64,000 nt of DNA, taken from NCBI GenBank assembly GCA_963728565.1, contig CAVSLC010000005.1, forward strand, positions 32,001-96,000, read 5' to 3'. This document shows positions 21,408 to 31,421 of the stretch, one piece after another. Origin of the DNA: an uncultured delta proteobacterium (GTDB lineage Bacteria; Desulfobacterota; Binatia; UBA9968). Position numbers and translations under genes: made by a program. The notes below the pieces were generated by a model. That model was not told the DNA's origin. It searched no databases and worked only from the letters and a program-made list of their open reading frames with translations. Numbering within the stretch: the stretch's first letter is position 1; every line of letters begins with the position of its first letter.

Positions 21408-21965
21408 CTATTGGGGCATTTTGACATCGGTGACTTTGACGTCGAAGTTGAGGGTTTTTCCGGCCAGTGGGTGATTGAAGTCGACAACTACGGTCTTTTC
21501 CCTTATTTCCTGAATGCGCATCGGCAAGGCCCGTCCATCCGCGGCTTTGGTCATCAAGGTGGCGCCGACTTGCTGCGCTTCCGCAGGGATCTTGTCTTTG
21601 AGAATCTCTTGCACGGCCTTGGGATCGGGGAGACCATAACCTTCTTCGGGTTTAACTTGAATTTTCTTGCGCTCGCCGGCTTTCATGCCGGCGAGTTCCT
21701 TTTCCAACCCGCTAACGATTTGCCCGGCGCCGTGAATATAGGTCAACGGCTCCTTGCCGACATTGCTTTCGATCACCTTACCGGCCTCGTCCGTCAGGGT
21801 GTATTCGATGGACACGACAACCCCTTGTTGAACGCTGCTCGCGGGTCGCAAATTGACGGTCGGAGCCGGCGAACCGCCAACACCGTTGCCGGGAAGACTG
21901 GTGAGAAAAAACAGCGCGCCCAGAACGGCGCCGCTGATGACTAGTAAGCTGAGAAGTTTTTTCAT
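21408..21965 (-). CDS. Second exported or membrane-anchored SlyD-like FKBP PPIase
   Basis: Hydrophobic N-terminus; VSIEYTL, YIHGAGQIVSGLE, PEEGYG, DFNHPLAGKTLNF. Confidence 0.88.
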   Translation of the reverse strand: MKKLLSLLVISGAVLGALFFLTSLPGNGVGGSPAPTVNLRPASSVQQGVVVSIEYTLTDEAGKVIESNVGKEPLTYIHGAGQIVSGLEKELAGMKAGERKKIQVKPEEGYGLPDPKAVQEILKDKIPAEAQQVGATLMTKAADGRALPMRIQEIREKTVVVDFNHPLAGKTLNFDVKVTDVKMPQ

Positions 21966-22195
21966 GGATTATTGGCAAAGAACGACAATCCGGAAACGAT
22001 ATAACGCGCTAGAGCTGAATACAACTGAGCCTGTGTTTTGATCGGTTCATCATCTCGCTTAGGCCTTGCAATGATTGCCGACAGCTACATGGGCTGGCTG
22101 GACAATTGACTCGGTGACAACTCAGTCTGGTCCTACTCTAACAATCTTAATCGTGCTAAAACCTGCGCCAACAACATGAAAGCTTCCAGTTCAGC

Positions 22196-23056
22196 GTGAG
22201 CAGCGAACTCTGGGCGATCGTGTCGGCGGCGGCGTGGGCGGCGGATTCTATTCTTGTGCGCAAGGGCACTGCCTTTTCGAACCCGTCAACGGCCGCGCTG
22301 ATAAGCTTCTCCGTCAACGCAGCGGTTCTGGTTCCCTACATTATATATCAGTATCCGGCGGAGAAAATTTTTCAGTCCGCTAACCTATTCTTCGTCCTGA
22401 GCGGGATCATCCAGCCGGCCATCGTGCGGGTGATGTTTTATGTCGGCATCGTCCGGCTCGGCGTTTCGCGCGCCGGACCAATCCGGGGAACTTCCCCGTT
22501 TTTTTCTGTGGCGATCGCCTTTTTCCTGTTTCGAGAACGACCGGAGCTGATCGTTTATCTGGGCGGCCTTCTAACTATCGCCGGCACATGGGTGGTGTCA
22601 TACAAGCGGGTTGGAGAAGCCAAGTGGCGCGCCATCGATCTTTTGTTTCCCTTGGGCGCGGCCATGCTGGCGTCGGTGTCGCAGAATATCCGCAAAGCCG
22701 GGCTTAACAGTACCAATGAACCGGTCATTGCCTCTACCATTACGACAGCGACGTCGCTGGTATGCCTGCTTGGCTCCCTGCTGTTCTCTGGAAAAAGACA
22801 GTCGATAAAGATCGATCGCCAAAGCCTGCCGTTCTATGGCGGCGCCGCAGTCTTCGCGCTGATCGGCCAGTTGTGCACGTTTATCGCGCTCAACGGCGGT
22901 CAAATCTCGGTGGTTGCGCCGCTCATCAATACCACCCCTTTATTCGCCATAGCTTTCACCGCGCTGTTCTTGCGCGGCGAAGAAAAAATCACTCCCATGG
23001 TGCTGATCGGCGTAGTGCTGCTAGTTGCCGGAATCGGCTTCATCACGGCGCGATAG
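22196..23056 (+). CDS. DMT/EamA family transporter
   Basis: 286 aa, two repeats of 5 TM segments; GVSRAGPI and VVAPLINTTPLF. Confidence 0.85.
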   Translation: MSSELWAIVSAAAWAADSILVRKGTAFSNPSTAALISFSVNAAVLVPYIIYQYPAEKIFQSANLFFVLSGIIQPAIVRVMFYVGIVRLGVSRAGPIRGTSPFFSVAIAFFLFRERPELIVYLGGLLTIAGTWVVSYKRVGEAKWRAIDLLFPLGAAMLASVSQNIRKAGLNSTNEPVIASTITTATSLVCLLGSLLFSGKRQSIKIDRQSLPFYGGAAVFALIGQLCTFIALNGGQISVVAPLINTTPLFAIAFTALFLRGEEKITPMVLIGVVLLVAGIGFITAR

Positions 23057-23117
23057 ACGGGCGCTGGTCTCCACGTAAAGTCGATGATGCTGTTGTCAAC
23101 GCATCGAGCGATTTGTC

Positions 23118-23549
23118 TCAATCTGCCGGCCTGAACTTCGGCAGTGTCACACCTTGGCCGGTGTCCTCGAAAACGACTTGTACCGGCATACCGATATGAA
23201 CCTTGTCGATCGGACAGCCGACGATATTGCTGCAGAAGCGCGGTCCTTCATCGAGATCGATCCAGGCGGTGACGTAGGGAATGTCCGGAGCAAAGCCGCG
23301 CAACGCCTGACCGACAACCTCTCGTATCACGGTGAAGGAAAATATTTTGCCTTTGCCGCTGACTTCTACCCACTGGAGTTTGTCGCTGGCGCAATCGCCA
23401 CAAACGGGTCGAGGGCAAAACACCCAGGTGCCGCAGTCTTGGCATTTTTGAATCATCAATTTGCCGGCTTTGGTGCTGTCCCAGAACGGTTGATTTACCG
23501 GTGTAATCTCAGGAATTGGCTTTTTGATTACGCTATTCTCATCCGTCAT
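23118..23549 (-). CDS. DUF35 Zn-ribbon/OB-fold protein (thiolase partner)
   Basis: PFWD...QKCQDCG...PRPVCGDC, GKGKIFSFT, LDEGPR and IGMPV motifs. Confidence 0.9.
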   Translation of the reverse strand: MTDENSVIKKPIPEITPVNQPFWDSTKAGKLMIQKCQDCGTWVFCPRPVCGDCASDKLQWVEVSGKGKIFSFTVIREVVGQALRGFAPDIPYVTAWIDLDEGPRFCSNIVGCPIDKVHIGMPVQVVFEDTGQGVTLPKFRPAD

Positions 23550-23589
23550 ATCAAACTCTCACCTTTCGAATCGTAAGCGATCAAGAGTA

Positions 23590-23727
23590 AAATTCGAAAT
23601 CCGAAACTCAAATCCGAAACAAACTAGAAAAATTGCGAATAGAATTTGAAACAGGTCAGTTCGCAAGTTTTTCTTATTTTGATCAATTGAAGTTGTTTCG
23701 ATTACAAAATTCGTACTTCGCGTTTCG
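23590..23727. repeat. AT-rich palindromic element with AAAT(C/T)CG heptamer repeats
   Basis: AAATTCG AAATCCG AAACTC AAATCCG AAAC on the left; TTCG-ending units on the right; internal stem AGAAAAATTGCGAA / TTCGCAAGTTTTTCT. Confidence 0.6.
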
Positions 23728-23731
23728 CCCT

Positions 23732-24925
23732 TTAAACTTCGCTTCCCAGAATGGCCGCTGCGGTGCAGCCAAAGTTCTTGCCGTAATTGACTGCGCCAAC
23801 GCCGCTGCTGATTCCGAATTTGATGTTCGGGACCTGGCGATCTCCGCCTTCACCGCGAATCTGCCGGACGGTCTCGATCACGTGCAACATGCCACCGGTG
23901 GTCGAGGGTTGGCCACAATTGATCATGCCGCCACTGGTCTGAATCGGCAGATCGCCTTTGAACGTAAAGTCGGTTTTCTCAAAAAAAGCTTTATCGTTCT
24001 TGCCGCAAAAACCGAGATCTTCAATCTGAATCATGACAATCGGAATGTAGTCGTCGTACAGATTCAAACAGCGGATGTCGTCGTGTGTCACGCCCGCCAT
24101 TGCGAAGGCGCGCTTGCCTGCCTGTTCGATCCCGGTGATGAGCGGGTTTGCGCGATAGCGTGGTCCATAGCTGGAATTGTTGCATTCGCCCCAGCCGAGC
24201 AGATAGACCGGCGGCTTAGGCATGCTCCTGGCGCGTTCGGCAGAGGTCATAATGTATGCTTTGCCGCCGTTGGCCGGCATAACGCAATCGAACAGACGAA
24301 TCGGATCGGAGATCAGCCGCGATTTTTTGTAATCTTCGATAGTGATCGGCTTGCGCAAGTAAGCGTTGGGATTGAGTGAGGCATGATAACGCCCAGTGAC
24401 AGCGATTTTGCCGAAGTGATCTTCGGTCATGCCCGATTCATGCATATATCGGCTCATCACGAAAGAAATTTTGCAGTTGGGTCCCATGACGCCGAACGGC
24501 ATTTCATAATCGCGGGTATCAGCGGGAGCGCCGCGATGAGCGCCGCGCTCCGAGAATGGCGCGGCCGCAGCGATCACCAACACGAGATCGCAAAGTCCGG
24601 CGACGATCGCAGCAGCCGCATGGCCCAACAGCGACACCGAGCTGGCACCGCCATTGCCGCCCGCCAGAGAAACGCCCGGCGTAATGCCGAGAATGGCCGC
24701 TACTTCTTCCGGCCAAAAGGGCTGTGAATGATTGGTGGTATAAATCGCCGCTAATCCTTGGCCATCGAAATCTTTCTTGGTTACTCCTGCGTCTGCCATC
24801 GCCAGGCGCGCCGCCCATGCCAAGTACTCGGCTGTGGATTTCCGAGGTTCGCCGGGCTTGCTACCGAGTCGGTCCGTCGGCGTTTCGCCGATTCCCACGA
24901 CTGCTGTTTTTCCTCTTATGCTCAT
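23732..24925 (-). CDS. Thiolase family protein (SCP2/Ltp2-like)
   Basis: AVVGIGET, RYHASLNPNA, PIRLFDC, NLYDDY, TSGGM and VRQIRGEGGDRQV motifs; adjacent DUF35 gene. Confidence 0.88.
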   Translation of the reverse strand: MSIRGKTAVVGIGETPTDRLGSKPGEPRKSTAEYLAWAARLAMADAGVTKKDFDGQGLAAIYTTNHSQPFWPEEVAAILGITPGVSLAGGNGGASSVSLLGHAAAAIVAGLCDLVLVIAAAAPFSERGAHRGAPADTRDYEMPFGVMGPNCKISFVMSRYMHESGMTEDHFGKIAVTGRYHASLNPNAYLRKPITIEDYKKSRLISDPIRLFDCVMPANGGKAYIMTSAERARSMPKPPVYLLGWGECNNSSYGPRYRANPLITGIEQAGKRAFAMAGVTHDDIRCLNLYDDYIPIVMIQIEDLGFCGKNDKAFFEKTDFTFKGDLPIQTSGGMINCGQPSTTGGMLHVIETVRQIRGEGGDRQVPNIKFGISSGVGAVNYGKNFGCTAAAILGSEV

Positions 24926-25190
24926 GTCGAATCCTCTCTCTTGTTTTTCGACAGATAGTGCAGCGTTGAAGAGCTGTCAAGTAACGTGCTGATAAAAGCG
25001 TGACGAAGGGATTGTTTCACCGCCGAGCCATCCTACCTGTCCCGCCCTGTTGATTGATTCTCCGGTATGCGCGCGCTCAACGGTCATGGTGATGGCGGGC
25101 TCGATGAATCGACTGCATTTTTCGTCCATTTGACCGAACCCGGGAGCGCTGACTTCCAATTTCGCCGATCAGAAGTTAAGCTACTTCGAC

Positions 25191-25898
25191 GTGCAATACC
25201 AAGCTAGATACGCGACCTTCGGCGGCGGAGCGGTTACGCCTGCCGTCAAATTCTTGTTAATCGCCAACATTTCGGTTTTTGTTCTTCAGACGTTCCTCGA
25301 CTATCGTTTGATGTATTTATTCGGATTGGTGCCGCAGTTTGTCTGGCAAGATCTCTATCTCTGGCAAGTCTTCACGTATCAATTTTTACACGGCGGCCTG
25401 TTTCATCTTCTACTCAACATGCTGGCGCTGTGGATGTTTGGTTGCGATTTGGAGCGCCGTTGGGGCAGCAGTTTTTTTCTGAAATATTATTTCGTTTCTG
25501 CGGTAGGCGGCGGCATTCTCAATACCCTGTTAGCTCCACATCAAATGGTTCCCAGCATCGGAGCTTCGGCAGGGGTTTATGGGATCTTGCTCGCCTACGG
25601 CCTGATTTATCCGAACCAGATCATCTACTTTTATTTTCTTTTCCCGATCAAGATGAAACATTTCGTGTGGATCATCGGGGCAATTGCGCTTTATTCGTCA
25701 ATCGCCTCTGGGCAGAGCGGCATCGCCCATATCGCGCATTTGGGCGGCATGCTGTTCGGCTATTTCTATCTCCGTGGTGGGAGTCCCTTCGATGGTTTCA
25801 AGCTTTACTTGGCGCAGCGACGATTGGCCCGAATGAAACGACGCTTTCGCGTCCTGGAAGGCGGTAAGGACGACGATTCAAAACCGACTTTGCATTAG
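25191..25898 (+). CDS. Rhomboid intramembrane serine protease
   Basis: HGGLFHLLLNM, GASAGVYG (catalytic Ser) and AHLGG (catalytic His). Confidence 0.92.
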   Translation: MQYQARYATFGGGAVTPAVKFLLIANISVFVLQTFLDYRLMYLFGLVPQFVWQDLYLWQVFTYQFLHGGLFHLLLNMLALWMFGCDLERRWGSSFFLKYYFVSAVGGGILNTLLAPHQMVPSIGASAGVYGILLAYGLIYPNQIIYFYFLFPIKMKHFVWIIGAIALYSSIASGQSGIAHIAHLGGMLFGYFYLRGGSPFDGFKLYLAQRRLARMKRRFRVLEGGKDDDSKPTLH

Positions 25899-25992
25899 TG
25901 TTAACGGCTCACTAGGAAAATTTTGCCTTACGGTTTGATAATTGATCAAGATATTGTAGAAAAGGAAAATTATCTTCCGCGAGTCAAACCGC

Positions 25993-27342
25993 ATGAAGAG
26001 AAACAAGAGTCGTTTTCGTAATCTGTTCGACCGGCTTCATCCGCCGGAGCAGAGGCGCCGGTCGGCAGCCATGGCTGTGCTGCTCGGCGCGCTCGCGACC
26101 GTATACTTTCTGCTGCCCGCACCGACGCTGGAATCGTCGAAAGACGGAGAACCTATTGCGCTTGTCAGGTCGTTGCAAACCGGCAACCAGCCGGATCCTC
26201 TTTATCGTCCGCTCGACGAAGAAAGCGCAACCGAGTTCTCACCCAAAACGTTCGACTTGACGCTCCGCCGCGGCGATACCTTGCAGGGCGCGTTGATCAA
26301 ACACGGGCTGACACCCGCTTCAGCCGATGAGTTGGCTAAGCAGCTGCGACCTTTCTCTAATCCCAGAAAATTGCGAGCGGGCGACACTTTTCGTTTGCTG
26401 CTCGACCAGCATAATGGCATTCAGGGGCTCGAGTATTCCGCTGATGGCGCGATCGTTCGCGTTATATCGACCGAGAAAGGTTGGGTCGCCACCCGACAGG
26501 AAGTTCCATTCGTACGTGGAAGCAAAGTGATACGCGGCAACATACGCGGCAGTCTGTTCGAGGACGGAGTGGACGCGGGACTTTCGCCGCCGGAGATCCA
26601 CAAGTTAGTCAACTTATTTGAATACGATATCGATTTTTTCTCGGACCTCCGACGCGGCGACGATTTTTCAGTGATTTTCGAAGAAAAGCAGTATGCCAAC
26701 GGTCAACGCGAGAAGGGGAAACTTCTCGCCGCAGAAATTCATGCTGCCGGATCGCCGTACCAGATTTTTTATTATCAGGGAAAAAAACAGAAAGGCGCCT
26801 ATTACGACAACCGCGGCCGGGCTTTGATGAAAGCATTCCTGCGAGCGCCGCTAAATTATCGGCGGATCTCGTCGCCTTTCCGGATCGATAGAAGGCATCC
26901 GATCTTTCGCACCGTACGTCCGCACCAAGCAATCGATTATGCCGCCCCCACCGGCACACCCGTGGTTGCGGTCGGCGATGGACAAGTGACGTTTTCGGGG
27001 ACTCGCGGCGGTTATGGGCGCATGGTGGAGATTCGCCACGACGACGGATATGTCTCGCGCTATGCACATTTCTCGAAAATCCCTCAGGGGATTCTAGTCG
27101 GCAGGCCGGTCAATCGAGGTGAAGTGGTTGGATATGTCGGTCAGACCGGGCATGCTACCGGTCCGCACCTGCATTTTGAAATGCTAAAGAAAGGCCGGAA
27201 GATAAATTTCCTCGACCTGAAGCTCGCGTCGGCGGACCGGCTCACCGGATCGGAGTTGCGGGAATTTCTGGCGATGCGTGATAGGAAATTAGCTTTGCTG
27301 CAAGCTAGCGTAGCGGCCGCGTCCGAAAACCCTCATTCGTAA
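25993..27342 (+). CDS. M23 family peptidoglycan DD-endopeptidase (MepM-like)
   Basis: N-terminal TM; RPHQAIDYAAP (HxxxD), YAHFS and TGPHLHFE (HxH). Confidence 0.92.
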   Translation: MKRNKSRFRNLFDRLHPPEQRRRSAAMAVLLGALATVYFLLPAPTLESSKDGEPIALVRSLQTGNQPDPLYRPLDEESATEFSPKTFDLTLRRGDTLQGALIKHGLTPASADELAKQLRPFSNPRKLRAGDTFRLLLDQHNGIQGLEYSADGAIVRVISTEKGWVATRQEVPFVRGSKVIRGNIRGSLFEDGVDAGLSPPEIHKLVNLFEYDIDFFSDLRRGDDFSVIFEEKQYANGQREKGKLLAAEIHAAGSPYQIFYYQGKKQKGAYYDNRGRALMKAFLRAPLNYRRISSPFRIDRRHPIFRTVRPHQAIDYAAPTGTPVVAVGDGQVTFSGTRGGYGRMVEIRHDDGYVSRYAHFSKIPQGILVGRPVNRGEVVGYVGQTGHATGPHLHFEMLKKGRKINFLDLKLASADRLTGSELREFLAMRDRKLALLQASVAAASENPHS

Positions 27343-27472
27343 TCAGCAGCATTCTACGGGAGCGGCTGTCGTCTATAAACCCGCTAAACCCGCTCTGCGG
27401 GCAATGCTCGCGTTGGATGCAAATGTCGCTGGGCGTAACGCGCGGACCTGACGGAAGTCAGGCGGCGCGCAT

Positions 27473-28339
27473 TTACAGCTTCTCCCAGGAAATCAGCAAC
27501 ACTCCCATTATTACCAGCGTGGTTGCGCCGATCTTGCGCGCGGTCAGCTTCTCGACATCTTTGAGAAAAATCAATGAGAGAGGCAGGACGAACAGCGACG
27601 AGGCGTTTACCAGTGGAGAGATGAGCGATACTCGTTCCATGCTGAGCGCGGTATAGATGAAAACATAGGACAGGAAATTCATGAAGCCCGAGACAGCAAA
27701 GAAACCGAGGCCGCGCCGCCCGAGTGCACCGAGCGGTTTGTGCTCGGCGAAAACCGCGTAAAACAGCGTCATGGTCACCAGCGACACCACGGATGCAATC
27801 GCCGCCGCCGTGATTGGCGAACCAATCTGGAGAACGCCAACGCGGACGAGGTTGTCCCTTCCGGCAAAAAGAAAAGCCGCCGCTAACGGAAAAAGTAGGT
27901 CGGCGGTGCGCCACGTTTTGGTGGTGCCGCGCCAGGAGAGGGAAACGATTCCTGCAACGATAAAAAAGGCGCCTAGCAGGTTGGTAACCGTCGGACGCTC
28001 GCCAAGAAAGAAGACGGCAAAGACGATTGCAAACAAAGGTGTGCTGTTTGTGAGGCATGCGGAAATGGGCGCGCCGAGGCGCTCCATCCCTTTAAAAATA
28101 AAAAAACGCGCTACGCCCGGAACGAAAATTCCGATAATCACGAATATGAGATTGGCAGGAGCCCGGAGATCGATCGGACTGGAGGAGAATGACAGGTAAA
28201 TGCAGAGACATAGGGCGTTCACGCCAAGATTAGCGAGCAGTCCTTTGAAATAGTCCACTGCCAGAATGCCGCGATTGATAAAGATCATGGAAACGGCAAA
28301 CCAGAATGAGCCGAACAGGGCTAAAAGAATTGCTAACAT
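27473..28339 (-). CDS. DMT/EamA family transporter
   Basis: ~10 TM segments; STPLFA..FLGERP and LISPLVN. Confidence 0.85.
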   Translation of the reverse strand: MLAILLALFGSFWFAVSMIFINRGILAVDYFKGLLANLGVNALCLCIYLSFSSSPIDLRAPANLIFVIIGIFVPGVARFFIFKGMERLGAPISACLTNSTPLFAIVFAVFFLGERPTVTNLLGAFFIVAGIVSLSWRGTTKTWRTADLLFPLAAAFLFAGRDNLVRVGVLQIGSPITAAAIASVVSLVTMTLFYAVFAEHKPLGALGRRGLGFFAVSGFMNFLSYVFIYTALSMERVSLISPLVNASSLFVLPLSLIFLKDVEKLTARKIGATTLVIMGVLLISWEKL

Positions 28340-28540
28340 GAAATTAAACGGCGACCTTATCTGCAGCGGCAATGATGTTCAATGGTTCGCGGCAAAAGCT
28401 TGTCTCGCGCGCTGGTCGTAATGTCACGAGCGCGTTCGTTCGAGAGCGATAAAGAAGATCGCCTAGCCCCATTCAGGCAGGGATGAAATCCGCCTGAGGT
28501 TTGTTACAATGGTCTCATGCTCTTCTTTGGCGTGTCCACG

Positions 28541-28987
28541 ATGGTTCGAATCAGCATAGTTTCTTTTATTGTTGCCTCCTTGACGGGTTCTGCGCCGTGG
28601 GCGATCGCCTCGGGAGCGCGGGGTTTGAGCCGGTTCGATTCTCACGTCTCACGGCAGGCGCAAGGCGTTGCCAGCTCGAACCGAAGAAACGATTCCAGCG
28701 AGAGAGATCCGCATCAGCGCATCCCGGGTTTTCAGCGTCGCCGCCCGTCGCGCATTATTGTCGTGCCGTCGCCGACTTACTACTATTCGCCCTACTATTT
28801 CGTGCCCGCGCCAGCCGTTGTGAATGCGTCCTTCTTTTGTCTCGAGCACGGTGCCGGGTTTATCAGCCGCGTCGGGTTGCTCGATCACCTGGGTGGAACT
28901 CATAAGTTCCCTCTTGAACATGCTGCGGCGATTTGCCCATCAGATGTAGAGACGTGCGTATTCGAAGGCCTGTGGCCGCTTTACTAG
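28541..28987 (+). CDS. Hypothetical exported protein with a C2H2-like (CHHH) motif
   Basis: Signal-like N-terminus; Arg-rich then Pro/Tyr-rich linker; FFCLEHGAGFISRVGLLDHLGGTH. Confidence 0.55.
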   Translation: MVRISIVSFIVASLTGSAPWAIASGARGLSRFDSHVSRQAQGVASSNRRNDSSERDPHQRIPGFQRRRPSRIIVVPSPTYYYSPYYFVPAPAVVNASFFCLEHGAGFISRVGLLDHLGGTHKFPLEHAAAICPSDVETCVFEGLWPLY

Positions 28988-29094
28988 GTTAATAGAGAAT
29001 TTTCCCTCAGGCTGAGGTCCGGCAATTTCGTCGATCGGGTTTGTGGAGCTTTCCCAGAATCATCGATCCGGCTATATTCAGCCGAGCTAAGCCG

Positions 29095-30483
29095 ATGAAG
29101 ACTCTGTTAGAAAGGTTCGCCTCGATCACCTCTGCTCAATCGATTACAACCGATCCGGCACTTTTAGATCCTTTATCGTGGGATGCTTTAAGCGAAGGGC
29201 GTGTCCATCCGCTCAGATCGATCGCTATCAACTCGCCTGCCTGCGCAGTTTTTCCGGGTTCGGTGGATGAAGTTAGGCGGATAGTTCTGTTGGCCAATGA
29301 GCTGAAGATGCCCATTATCCCATACGGCGGTGGCTCAGGGCTCATGGGGGCTGCGCTGTCAGTCAAGCCTGGAATCGTCCTCGATTTACGAAGAATGAAT
29401 CAAACTCTTGAGATTGACATCGAAGCGCGTTCTGCACGAGTCCAGGCGGGAATCGTGCTGGAGGCATTGGAGCAACGATTGAACGAGCAGAATTTCATTC
29501 TCGGCCATGATCCGTGGACCTTGCCCGTTGCCACTGTAGGCGGCGCAATCTCGACCAATAGCGTCGGTTACAGAGCAGGCGTTTATGGTTCGATGGGCGA
29601 GCAGGTGCTAGGCTTGGAAGCGGTCATGGCCAACGGAGAAATTCTGCGTAAGCGGGCCGTGCCCAGATCTTCGACCGGACCTGATCTGCGTCTTCTGTTG
29701 GTCGGCGGAGAGGGTTGCTTCGGTATCGTCACAGAGGCGACGTTGAGGATCTTCCCAAAGCCCGAGAAGCGTGTCCTTCGGGGGTTGTTTTTCGAATCGT
29801 TCGAATCGGGGTTTGACGCTATTCAAAAGCTCTTCGCCGCAGGCTTGCATCCGGCGCTGCTGGACTTTGGCGATGATGATGAAAAAAATGAACAAGGAGC
29901 AGTGCTTTATCTGGGTTTCGAAGGAGCTGTCGAAATCGTTGCAGCGGAGGACCGATTGGCTACGGATGTCTTGTTGCGACACGGCGGCAAACATCTACCA
30001 ACAGTTGATGCGGAAACGTTCTGGCACAATCGCCATGCTATAGCGCGGCGTTTTTTGGCTAATCGCTCGCAGCGGCGCAAGCTCGGGCGGGATGGCATTT
30101 ATCGGGACTGGATTCATGTAGCGCTTCCCGCTTCAAAGGTGCTAGCGTTCAGACGCGCGGCCATGGTGGTGATTGAGCAGCACGGAGTAGACCTTCATGA
30201 GAGCGGCCTGTGGATTCAGCCGGAGCTGTTTTCGATGCGCCTCGGCATTGAAGATCATGGTGAACATCAGGCGCAGATGGCGCTGCAACAAACGGTCGAT
30301 GAACTGCTCGGGCTAGCACAAGAAATGGGCGGTTCCATGGAGTACACTCATGGTGTGGGAGTCAAACTTGCGCCGTTCATGTCAAAAGAGCACGGTTATG
30401 GGTTAGAAGTAATGCGCAGCATTAAGAAGATGCTCGATCCCAATAACATCATGAATCCCGGAAAGATGGGCCTCTCATCGTGA
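29095..30483 (+). CDS. FAD-binding oxidoreductase (VAO/GlcD/alkyl-DHAP synthase-like)
   Basis: PYGGGSG, GHDP, TVGGAIST, GEGCFGIVTE, HGVG and LDPNNIMNPGK motifs. Confidence 0.88.
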   Translation: MKTLLERFASITSAQSITTDPALLDPLSWDALSEGRVHPLRSIAINSPACAVFPGSVDEVRRIVLLANELKMPIIPYGGGSGLMGAALSVKPGIVLDLRRMNQTLEIDIEARSARVQAGIVLEALEQRLNEQNFILGHDPWTLPVATVGGAISTNSVGYRAGVYGSMGEQVLGLEAVMANGEILRKRAVPRSSTGPDLRLLLVGGEGCFGIVTEATLRIFPKPEKRVLRGLFFESFESGFDAIQKLFAAGLHPALLDFGDDDEKNEQGAVLYLGFEGAVEIVAAEDRLATDVLLRHGGKHLPTVDAETFWHNRHAIARRFLANRSQRRKLGRDGIYRDWIHVALPASKVLAFRRAAMVVIEQHGVDLHESGLWIQPELFSMRLGIEDHGEHQAQMALQQTVDELLGLAQEMGGSMEYTHGVGVKLAPFMSKEHGYGLEVMRSIKKMLDPNNIMNPGKMGLSS

Positions 30484-30645
30484 GGACATAAAGCTGTGTC
30501 GGCGCATGGAGGCGACCTCGACAGGCAACGCTAGACTTGCTTTGACAACGTTGAAAAATGGATATACATAATAGGGTGGAGTACGAGGATTGAGAATCAC
30601 ACGCCTTCAAGACGTACAAATTACAGACAGGCATTTTTAAACTAC

Positions 30646-30671
30646 TGCACCCACCCGGGTGCATTTTTTTT
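30646..30671 (+). terminator. Intrinsic terminator-like hairpin in the leader of the zinc-ribbon gene
   Basis: TGCACCC-accc-GGGTGCA followed by T8. Confidence 0.7.
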
Positions 30672-30691
30672 CTTGAGTGGGGGAGAAGAAG

Positions 30692-31421
30692 TTGCGCGCA
30701 CAAATTGAGGTTTTGGCTGCATTACAGATTATAGATCGGGAAATAAGAGAACATGCCGCCGTTAAACAAGGGCTGCTAGGCGAGCTCCAGGAAAAACAGC
30801 GACTCATCCAAGAGAGAAAACAGGAAATTGAAGCGTTGACGGCCGCCTGCGCGGTAAAGGAAAAGCTTCGCCTGGAGAAAGATAAACTGCTGCATGACGA
30901 AACCCAAAAGGCGACCGACAAGCGAATGCGGATGAATCGCATCAAGAACGTTAAAGAGCTGCAGGCTTTGCAGCGCGAGATCGATCAGATCCGGCAGGCA
31001 AATAGTGAGGCCGAAGAAGAATTGCTCAACATGATGGTGGAGATCGATGGCTTAAAGGGAGAGATCAAAGCTAAACAAGAAACGCTTCTTGCAGCGCAGC
31101 AGGATTGGCAACAAAAACAGGAAGGTTTGCAAGCGCAGATCGCCGGGATTGAGCAGGCGGTGGAAAAAGCCTCCATCCGCCGGCAGCGCATCGCGCGAAG
31201 AAATCGACGCTAGTCTCATGTCCCGTTACGAGTTGATTTTTTCACGTCGCGGCGGCAGTGCGGTGGTGGAAGTTACTGCCGGTATTTGCCAAGGTTGTTA
31301 TATGAACATCCCGCCGCAGCTCTGGAATGAGATCATTCGTAGCGAAAAGTTAAATCTCTGTCCTAGCTGCCAGCGAATCCTGCACTACAAAGCTCCGGAA
31401 GGGCAAGAAAAAACGGCTTAG
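30692..31421 (+). CDS. C4-type zinc-ribbon/coiled-coil protein (DUF164, HP0958/CdsZ-like); frameshift near 31195
   Basis: LQIIDREI, KNVKELQALQREI coiled coil; CQGCYMNIPPQ...CPSCQRIL; TTG start after GGGGGAG (GTG at 30677 is an alternative). Confidence 0.88.

Noticed and set aside
30558-30593. 11-codon leader peptide MDIHNRVEYED
   Set aside because: Starts within the putative promoter, has no SD and no amino-acid run
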